Assembly: GCF_028293085.1 (NCBI RefSeq)
Contig: NZ_JAQGLC010000082.1
Location: 7,615 to 71,614, forward strand
Direction of reading: 5' to 3'
Source: Sphingomonas bacterium
Lineage (GTDB): Bacteria; Pseudomonadota; Alphaproteobacteria; Sphingomonadales; Sphingomonadaceae
DNA: 64,000 nucleotides
Shown here: one piece after another, positions 57,127 through 64,000 of the stretch
Numbering within the stretch: the first letter of the stretch is position 1
Layout: each line of letters begins with the position of its first letter
The notes under the pieces: model-generated
The model's input: only the letters and a program-made list of their open reading frames with translations
Database searches by the model: none
What the model was told of the DNA's origin: nothing
Translations under genes and position numbers: made by a program

Positions 57127-58148
57127 CCCATTTCGATCCGGCGGCGCTGGAATCGTTCCTCTGCGCCAACGTGCCGGGCTTCACCGGGCCGATGACCTCG
57201 GAGCGCTTTTCAGGGGGCAGGTCGAACCCCACCTTCCGGATCGACACGCCCGGCGGCGCCTATGTCCTGCGCGGCAAGCCGGCCGGCATATTGCAAAAAT
57301 CGGCGCATGCGATCGACCGCGAATTCCGCATCATGCGCGCGCTGGCCGAGACGGGTTTCCCGGTGCCGCGCATGCTGGTCTATTGCGACGATGAAAGCGT
57401 GATCGGCACGGAATTCTATCTGATGTCGCATGTGCCCGGCGAAGTGCTCTGGGATATCGCCATGCCCGGGCTGACCAGCGAGCAACGGGCTCGCGCCTTC
57501 GACTCCGTCAATGCGACGATCGCGCAGTTCCACCGGCTGAGCCCGGCGGCGCTCGGCCTCGACGATTTTGGCCGGGGCGGCAATTATTTCGAGCGCCAGA
57601 TCGCGCGCTGGTCGAAGCAGTATCTTGCGCTCGCGACCGAGCAGGTCGACGACATGGATCGCCTGATTGCCTGGCTTACCGCCACTGATCTGCCGGCCAG
57701 CGAGGAGACGCTCGTGCACGGCGACTTCTCCTTCCACAACGTCCTGATCGATCCCGGCACCGGCGATGTCGCGGCCGTGATCGATTGGGAATTGGCGACG
57801 ATCGGCCATCCGCTCGGCGATGTGATGTACCATGCCATGGAATGGTACCGCCCGCCCGATTGTGATCGGCGCGGGACATTGCTCGGCCGTGATCTCGCCG
57901 CGCTCGGCATCCCGACGCTGGAGGACTATCTCGCGCTCTATTGCGAGCGTGCCGGCCGGCCGCCGATCGAGAATCTGGCCTTCCACCAGGCCTATAATCT
58001 GTTCCGCATGGCCGCGATCGCCCAGGGCATCGTCGGCCGCGCGCGCCAGGGCCAGCTGCCACCGGAAACGGCGGCGATCTACGAACCGCGCATTCGCCCG
58101 CTGGCGCAGGCGGCATGGCACTATGCACGCGAAGCGGGAGCGATCTGA
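57123..58148 (+). CDS. APH-family phosphotransferase (ACAD10/11 kinase domain / LvaA-like)
   Basis: GGRSNPT, SAHAIDRE, HGDF..HN, IDWEL.T.GHP; GTGA overlap. Confidence 0.9.
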   Translation: MTHFDPAALESFLCANVPGFTGPMTSERFSGGRSNPTFRIDTPGGAYVLRGKPAGILQKSAHAIDREFRIMRALAETGFPVPRMLVYCDDESVIGTEFYLMSHVPGEVLWDIAMPGLTSEQRARAFDSVNATIAQFHRLSPAALGLDDFGRGGNYFERQIARWSKQYLALATEQVDDMDRLIAWLTATDLPASEETLVHGDFSFHNVLIDPGTGDVAAVIDWELATIGHPLGDVMYHAMEWYRPPDCDRRGTLLGRDLAALGIPTLEDYLALYCERAGRPPIENLAFHQAYNLFRMAAIAQGIVGRARQGQLPPETAAIYEPRIRPLAQAAWHYAREAGAI

Positions 58149-59401
58149 TGGCCGGACTGCTCGACGGGATCCGCGTGATCGAATTCGGCCTGCTGCTCAA
58201 CGGGGGCACCGTCGGCATGTATCTCGCCGATCTCGGCGCCGAGGTGATCAAGCTCGAGGATGTGGGCCGCGGCGATTATATCCGCACGATCATGGGACAG
58301 GTCGGCCCCGGTCGCAGCCCGGTCCATCTCCAGATCAACAAGGGCAAGAAGAGCCTCGCGCTCAACCTGAAGAGCGACGAGGGCAAAAAGCTGTTTTTCG
58401 AACTGCTGCAGACGGCCGACATCTTCATCGACGGCATGCGCCCCGGGGCCGCCGATGCGCTGGGCGTGGGTTATGCGCAACAGAAGCTGGCCAAGCCCGA
58501 TATCGTCTATGTCCAGTATACCGGCTACGGCGCCGACGGGCCTTATGCGCGCATCCCGACTCATGGTTACCAGATGAACGCGCTGGTCGGCGGGCTGCCG
58601 TCGCACATGGGTGAGGACGGCCTGCTCCACCGGGTGCGCGGCGTGCAATATCTCGGCGGCACCGAGGAAAGCAGCGCAGCGACAGCGCTCGGCGCGCAGT
58701 TCGCGACCATGTCGGCGATGGCCGCGCTCACCCGGCGCCTGCGCACGGGGGCGGGCGCCTATATCGACGTTGCCTCCTCCGACGCCGTCATGGCGACGGC
58801 CTGGATGGGGATGATCTACAACCTCAATTACGATCGCATCGGCGATCGCCAGGGGTTGGGTGAGCGGACCGGCAGGCATGAGGCGAAATGGCCCGAAGGC
58901 TCGACGCGCTACCAGCTCTACCAGGCGAGCGACGGCAAGCCGATCCTGCTCGGCCTGATCGAGCCCAAATTCTGGAAGAGCTTCTGCGCGGCGGTGGGCC
59001 GTCCCGACCTGGTCGCCACCATGCTGCCCGGCCTCGACATCGATTATGGCGCCGACAAGCCATGGCTTCGCCACGAGCTTCAGGCGATCGTCGCGACGCG
59101 CACCGCGGCGCAGTGGATGGAGCTGGCGATCGAACTCGGCCTGCCGATCGGTCCCGCGCCCGCGCTGGAGGACGCGCCGGACGATCCGCATGTCCGTGCG
59201 CGCGGCCTGTTGCATGAAACCGATATCGGCGGAGACGGGCCGTTCACCTATGTGGGCTTCCCGGCAAAGATCGATGGCGCCGCGCCGGCCGACATCCGCC
59301 CCGCACCCGAGCATGGCGCCGACAGCGCGGCGGTCCTTGAAGCGCTTGGCGTGGACGCGCCGGCCTTTGCCCGGCTGAAGGCGGCCGGCATCGTCCGCTG
59401 A
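58148..59401 (+). CDS. CaiB/BaiF (family III CoA-transferase fold) protein
   Basis: LDGIRVIE, LADLGAEVIKLE, NKGKKS..LNLK, GYGADGPY, APEHG. Confidence 0.88.
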   Translation: MAGLLDGIRVIEFGLLLNGGTVGMYLADLGAEVIKLEDVGRGDYIRTIMGQVGPGRSPVHLQINKGKKSLALNLKSDEGKKLFFELLQTADIFIDGMRPGAADALGVGYAQQKLAKPDIVYVQYTGYGADGPYARIPTHGYQMNALVGGLPSHMGEDGLLHRVRGVQYLGGTEESSAATALGAQFATMSAMAALTRRLRTGAGAYIDVASSDAVMATAWMGMIYNLNYDRIGDRQGLGERTGRHEAKWPEGSTRYQLYQASDGKPILLGLIEPKFWKSFCAAVGRPDLVATMLPGLDIDYGADKPWLRHELQAIVATRTAAQWMELAIELGLPIGPAPALEDAPDDPHVRARGLLHETDIGGDGPFTYVGFPAKIDGAAPADIRPAPEHGADSAAVLEALGVDAPAFARLKAAGIVR

Positions 59402-59430
59402 TTCAAGACGGCCGGATCATGGTCCGGCAG

Positions 59431-60258
59431 TCACCCATAGGTCGGCATGCCGCGCCCGATATCGACGCCCGGCGCCTCGACCCGCCAGCTCGGCTCGGCC
59501 GGAGGTGGAAAGCCGTTGAGGATGTCGAGTTCACGTAGGGCCGCGGGAGTCTCGCCCTTGCGGACGGGAACATAGAAGGGATCGCGTGGGCGGAAATTGA
59601 TGAAGGCAAGGCCGCCATCGCCGGCGCTGAAGGAATAACGCGCGCCCTCGTCGATCGCGATGATGCCGCCGGCTTTTACGCTGCGCGTGCCGACGCGAAG
59701 CTCGCCGCCGACGACCACGATGATTTCGGGTTCGGTGTGCCAATGGAGCGGCGCGCGATACCCTTCGACGAATTCGAGATAGTCGAGCCAGAGCGAGCAG
59801 GTCGGGCAGGTGGAATCGACGAACATCGCGTGGCGCGTGCCCGAATCGGGTTGCTCGCCCTCGGGCGCGGGCGGGGCGATGACATGAACATGGCCACCCG
59901 GGCGATCGGCTTCTTCGCCGATATTTCGGGCGTGAAAGTCGAGCAGCATCAGCCGCCCGCCATTGCTCGCAATCTCTGCCACCGCGCCGCGTTCGACGAC
60001 GATCGCGCCGCCGGCCGACACGGTTCCCTCCCGGATTCGCGCCGTGCCTTCAAGGATGTAGAGCAGGTGTCCGGTCGCTGGCCGATCGAACGAAAGCACG
60101 GCACCTGCGCCGAGATCGTGGCGCCACAACAGGATCGGGCGGTCGTCGCCGACAATGAGCCCGGCCGTGGCGATCGAACCGTTGCCCGATCGCCCTGCGA
60201 TATCGGAGGGCGATGCGGGACTTGCCTCATCGCAAGCGCCGAAGACGATTCTTCCCAT
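59431..60258 (-). CDS. cupin-fold protein of unknown function
   Basis: HLLYILEG (N-terminal cupin-like), CPTC, LHWHTEPEII.V.GGE, GLAFINFRP. Confidence 0.65.
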   Translation of the reverse strand: MGRIVFGACDEASPASPSDIAGRSGNGSIATAGLIVGDDRPILLWRHDLGAGAVLSFDRPATGHLLYILEGTARIREGTVSAGGAIVVERGAVAEIASNGGRLMLLDFHARNIGEEADRPGGHVHVIAPPAPEGEQPDSGTRHAMFVDSTCPTCSLWLDYLEFVEGYRAPLHWHTEPEIIVVVGGELRVGTRSVKAGGIIAIDEGARYSFSAGDGGLAFINFRPRDPFYVPVRKGETPAALRELDILNGFPPPAEPSWRVEAPGVDIGRGMPTYG

Positions 60259-60285
60259 GGACCGGGCTCCCTGCTTCGCGGCGCG

Positions 60286-60849
60286 TCAGGCCGCCGTCGC
60301 GGCCCGTTGCCGCTGTTCCTCGAAATCGATGAAGGTCTTGGTTCCCTCCGGGACATCGGCCGGAATCGGGCGGTCATAGGTCAGATTGCGATCGCGCGTG
60401 CCGAGGATACCGGGATATAGCTCGACCGGCGTGTAATAGAGATAAAGCATCTTGCGGTCGGCGATGCGCCAGGCGCCGTCCTCCTTTTCGTAGACATCCT
60501 CATAGCGCACGCCGGCGATCTGCTGTCGGCCGTTGCGGTACACCTCGGCATGGGAGGAGACGGTGCCGCGCGCGCGCCCCGCGCCGTCGATCACGATCAC
60601 CGCCTGGTGGATGATGTGATTGGTCGCGCCGAGCACGGCGAAGCGCCCCTCGAACATCGTCGTGATGGTGTCGCGTCCGCGCGAATCCTTTACCCCGTCG
60701 CCAGACCAGACGCGGGCATTCTTGGTGAACAGGTCGGGGATCGCCGCCACGTCGCGGTCGTCCATCGCGAAGCAGTATCGGGCGATCAGGTTGCGGATCT
60801 CGAGCTCGGCTTCGATCGCTTCGAATCGTGCCAGTTGTTCGTCGTTCAC
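60286..60849 (-). CDS. NTF2/SnoaL-like protein (copy 6), close paralog of copy 1
   Basis: ARYCFAMDDRD, GATNHIIH, YEKEDGAWRIA, YPGILGT; GTG start after GGAGAGGGAG. Confidence 0.87.
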   Translation of the reverse strand: MNDEQLARFEAIEAELEIRNLIARYCFAMDDRDVAAIPDLFTKNARVWSGDGVKDSRGRDTITTMFEGRFAVLGATNHIIHQAVIVIDGAGRARGTVSSHAEVYRNGRQQIAGVRYEDVYEKEDGAWRIADRKMLYLYYTPVELYPGILGTRDRNLTYDRPIPADVPEGTKTFIDFEEQRQRAATAA

Positions 60850-60972
60850 GGTGGCCAGCTCCCTCTCCAAAAACACGTCGCTACTTGCTAGGGATGGCGC
60901 AGAGATGTCAATGCAACTTCAACGGCGAGCGCCGCAAAGTAGCCGTACAACTGAACGAATGAGAGGATCGAT

Positions 60973-61389
60973 ATGGTATTGCCCCTTGAGGATCGTATCG
61001 CGCTGCACGAATTGATCGCGACCTATAATCACGCGGTCGACCATCATGAGGCAGAGGCCTATGCGGCGACCTTCACGCCGGACGGCGCGCTGGTCGCCAA
61101 TGGCGAGGAACGCGCGCGCGGCACCGTGGCGTTGACCGAATATATTGCGAAGCGCCGCCGGACCGGCGAGCCCAGGCTTCGCCATTGGGTCAACAATATC
61201 CTGATCGACGGTGAGGGCGATCGCGCCAGGCTAAAGGCCTATGTCATGGCGTTCAATATCGGCCCCGGGCTGGAGGCTCCCTATGTGATGGGCGAATATG
61301 AGGACGACGCGGTCAAGATCGATGGCGCCTGGCGCTTCGAGACGAGGCGGATGACGGTGGTCGCCGGAGGGTCGCTAACGGGCAGATAG
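60973..61389 (+). CDS. NTF2/SnoaL-like protein (copy 7)
   Basis: EDRIAL.ELIATYNHAVD, FTPDG, RHWVNN, GEYED, GAWRF..R. Confidence 0.87.
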   Translation: MVLPLEDRIALHELIATYNHAVDHHEAEAYAATFTPDGALVANGEERARGTVALTEYIAKRRRTGEPRLRHWVNNILIDGEGDRARLKAYVMAFNIGPGLEAPYVMGEYEDDAVKIDGAWRFETRRMTVVAGGSLTGR

Positions 61390-62913
61390 CGCGGCCCGAC
61401 CGGCAATGGTCTCCGCGTGAATCCTGCGAAGCTCGGCTTTCTGGATCTTGCCCATCGCGTTGCGCGGCAGCTGATCGACCAGGATGATGTGTTTCGGGCG
61501 CTTGAACGAGGCCAGCGTGTCGGCCAGCGCGGCCTTCACCGCGGCCGCATCCACCGCGCCGGGCGCTTTCGCTGCGATCACCGCGACCACGCCCTCGCCG
61601 AGATCGGGATGCGGCACGCCGATCACCGCGCATTCGGCGACGCCGGGCAGTTCGTCGATCAGCGCCTCGACCTCGGCCGGATAGACGTTGAGCCCGCCCG
61701 AGATGATCAGGTCCTTCTCGCGCCCCGAGATGAAGAGGTATCCGGCCTCGTCGAACCGCCCCACATCGCCGGTGATGAAGAAGCCGTCGGCCCGCTTCTC
61801 CTCGGCGGTCTTCTCCGGCATCCGCCAGTAACCGGCAAACACGTTTGCTCCGCGCACCTCGATCATGCCGATCTCGCCCTGCGGCAGCGGCTTGGCCGTC
61901 TGCGCGTCGGTGATCCTGATGTCGACGCCCGGCAGCGGGAAGCCGACGCTCCCGGGGACGCGCGCGCCATCATAGGAATTGGAGCTGTTCATGTTGGTCT
62001 CGGTCATGCCGTAGCGTTCGAGGATCGCATGGCCGGTTCGCGCACTGAACTCGCGGTGGACCTCGGCCGAGAGCGGGGCGGAACCCGAGACGAACAGCCG
62101 CATGTCCTTGACCAGTTCGCTGGTGAAATCCGACCGCGACAATAGCCGCGAATAGAAGGTCGGCACGCCCATCAGCACGCTCGATTGCGGCAGCAGCCGG
62201 ATCATCGCATCGAGATCGAAGGCGGGCAGGAAGATCATCCGCGCCCCTGCCAGCAGGATGATGTTGGTCGCGACGAACAGGCCGTGCGTGTGAAAGGTCG
62301 GCAGGGCATGGAGCAGCACGTCGCCGCTCTCGAAGCGCCACAAGCTGCGCAATGTCTCGGCATTGGAGCCGAGATTGTCATGGGTGAGCATCGCCCCCTT
62401 GGAGCGACCGGTGGTGCCCGAGGTGTAGAGGATCGCGGCCAGCTCGTCGCCCGCGACATCCATGGTTGCGAAGTTCTCGGGCATCGCCCCGGCAGCGGCG
62501 AGCAGGCTGCCGTCGCCGGCCGCGCCGAGCGTCATCACGTTCGGGATGCCCGCCTCGCGGCACAGTGCGCCCAGAACCGGCTCGTTGGCGGGCGAGCAGA
62601 CGAACAAGGCCGGCTCGGCGTCGCGCAGGAAATAATCGAGCTCGCGCGGTGTATAGGCCGGGTTGAGCGGCAGATGGATCGCCCCGATCCTGAGCGTCGC
62701 GAGATAGACCAGCAGCCCTTCCGCCGACTTGTCGACCTGCATCGCGATCCGGTCGCCCCGGCCGATCCCCAGCGAGACGAGCAGGTTGGCGATTCGTCCC
62801 GTCGCGGCGTGAAGATCAGCGTAGCGGATCGTGCTGCCGTCGGGCCGGACGATGAACGGCTCGGCCAGGCGCGGCGTGAAGCAGTCGAGGAAGCGATTGT
62901 AGAGGTTGGACAT
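61375..62913 (-). CDS. matB: malonyl-CoA synthetase
   Basis: YTSGTTGRSKGAMLTH, HALPTFHTHGLFVA, MGVPTFY, ILERYGMTET, PRNAMGKIQK. Confidence 0.9.
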   Translation of the reverse strand: MSNLYNRFLDCFTPRLAEPFIVRPDGSTIRYADLHAATGRIANLLVSLGIGRGDRIAMQVDKSAEGLLVYLATLRIGAIHLPLNPAYTPRELDYFLRDAEPALFVCSPANEPVLGALCREAGIPNVMTLGAAGDGSLLAAAGAMPENFATMDVAGDELAAILYTSGTTGRSKGAMLTHDNLGSNAETLRSLWRFESGDVLLHALPTFHTHGLFVATNIILLAGARMIFLPAFDLDAMIRLLPQSSVLMGVPTFYSRLLSRSDFTSELVKDMRLFVSGSAPLSAEVHREFSARTGHAILERYGMTETNMNSSNSYDGARVPGSVGFPLPGVDIRITDAQTAKPLPQGEIGMIEVRGANVFAGYWRMPEKTAEEKRADGFFITGDVGRFDEAGYLFISGREKDLIISGGLNVYPAEVEALIDELPGVAECAVIGVPHPDLGEGVVAVIAAKAPGAVDAAAVKAALADTLASFKRPKHIILVDQLPRNAMGKIQKAELRRIHAETIAGRAALSAR

Positions 62914-62997
62914 GGGGTCTCCGCGATTCCCGTGGTGACCGCCTATCGCGCCGCGAGGCGCTCGTCACCTTCTCGATCTTCGCGCGTTGGGTGGATC

Positions 62998-63828
62998 ATG
63001 CAGAATCTGTGGTTCATCACCAACACCGCTTCCGGCACGGCAACGGCGGCCAGGGCGACCGCGCTGGAAGCGGTCTTTGCCGAGCTCGACCTCACCCTCA
63101 TCGGACGCACCTCCTTTCCCGACGATGATCTGCCCAAGGCAGCCGATCTCGCCGCGGCGAAGGTCGATACAATGGTGTTGTTCGCCGGTGACGGTACGAT
63201 CAATGCCGCCGCCTGCGCACTTGCTGACTGGGCTGGGTCGATTCTGATCCTGCCGGGCGGCACGATGAACCTGCTGGCCAGGGTGCTGCACGGCAACGCC
63301 GATCCCGCCACGATCGTCCGCGCCGCGAAGGAACATGGACGGCAGGTCGCGCTGCCTTATGTCGAGGCAGGTAAGCATCGCGGTTTCGTCGGCGTGATCA
63401 TGGGCCCGGCGGCAACCTGGGTGCGGGCACGCGAGCTGGTGCGCTCGCGGCAGTTGCGCGGGCTGGGGCGGGCGATGCTCTCGGCCTGGCGCCGGACCTT
63501 CTCGCGCGGGATCAGGTTGGAGGGCGTGCCCGGCCTGCGCCATCACGCCCAGGCGATCTTCGTGCGCCCCGAGCCGGATCGCCTCGACGTCGCCGCGATC
63601 GATGCGCGGGACTGGCGCTCGATCGCGGCGCTTGGCTGGGAATGGCTCACAGGCGACTGGGTCGCGGCGGCGCAGGTCACCCAGATTCATACGAAACAGG
63701 TGCGGATCGCCGGGAACAAGCCGGTCCAGGCGCTGTTCGATGGAGAACCGGTGATGCTTGATTCAAATGTCACCATCAAAGGCGGCATGGCCCGCGAGAT
63801 GTTCATCGCGACGGTGGAAGAAGCATGA
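62998..63828 (+). CDS. diacylglycerol kinase family protein
   Basis: NTASG, AGDGTINA, LPGGTMNLLA, FDGEP; start ATG 62998. Confidence 0.85.
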   Translation: MQNLWFITNTASGTATAARATALEAVFAELDLTLIGRTSFPDDDLPKAADLAAAKVDTMVLFAGDGTINAAACALADWAGSILILPGGTMNLLARVLHGNADPATIVRAAKEHGRQVALPYVEAGKHRGFVGVIMGPAATWVRARELVRSRQLRGLGRAMLSAWRRTFSRGIRLEGVPGLRHHAQAIFVRPEPDRLDVAAIDARDWRSIAALGWEWLTGDWVAAAQVTQIHTKQVRIAGNKPVQALFDGEPVMLDSNVTIKGGMAREMFIATVEEA

Positions 63829-64000
63829 TGCGACTGTTCCATGTCAGCGACGTACATTTCGGGCGTGAGGACAAGGCCGCGGTGATCTGGTTCACCGACC
63901 TCGTCCATGCGGAAAAACCCGATGCCGTGATCATGACCGGCGATCTCACGATGCGGGCGCGCAGCCATGAATTTGCCGCGGGTCTCGCCTGGCTGGAAGG
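63825..64000 (+). CDS. metallophosphoesterase, 3' truncated
   Basis: MMRLFHVSDVHFG ... PDAVIMTGDLT; overlaps the DAGK stop. Confidence 0.85.
   Translation, partial: MMRLFHVSDVHFGREDKAAVIWFTDLVHAEKPDAVIMTGDLTMRARSHEFAAGLAWLE

Noticed and set aside
1-61389. Assignment as canonical steroid (9,10-seco), abietane dit or aromatic degradation cluster
   Set aside because: Signature genes (KstD, HsaABCD/Tes, alpha/beta ring dioxygenase, extradiol dioxygenase) were not seen in the window
1-64000. CRISPR arrays, rRNA/tRNA genes, transposases, integrases, defence systems, frameshifted pseudogenes
   Set aside because: None recognised; called genes appear intact and DNA repeats within CDS are explained by paralogy

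Overview
GC-rich alphaproteobacterial DNA; the gene content (TonB-dependent receptor, spinster-type MFS, PQQ quinohemoprotein) suggests a sphingomonad, which is inference. Most of the window (1 to about 61.4 kb, interrupted at 4.5-7.1 kb) is a dense catabolic gene island. It carries 5 cytochromes P450, 4 ferredoxins (three 2Fe-2S, one 3Fe-4S-type), one ferredoxin reductase, a KshA-like Rieske oxygenase, 7 NTF2/SnoaL-like proteins, 7 acyl-CoA dehydrogenases (two heteromeric pairs), thiolases, MaoC hydratases, a racemase-type and an atypical CaiB protein, several SDRs, GMC/PQQ/aldehyde dehydrogenases, a TBDR, two MFS transporters and four regulators. No aromatic ring-cleavage dioxygenase is visible, so the substrate is probably alicyclic and/or methyl-branched (terpenoid- or sterol-like); it is unidentified. 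Three families of repeated operator-like motifs recur in the promoter regions. One includes an exact 22-bp duplicate, and all three meet upstream of the TBDR. Several enzymes have non-canonical catalytic motifs. The right end (matB, DAG-kinase-like, metallophosphoesterase) looks like core chromosome. No rRNA, intact tRNA, CRISPR array, transposase or integrase was seen.
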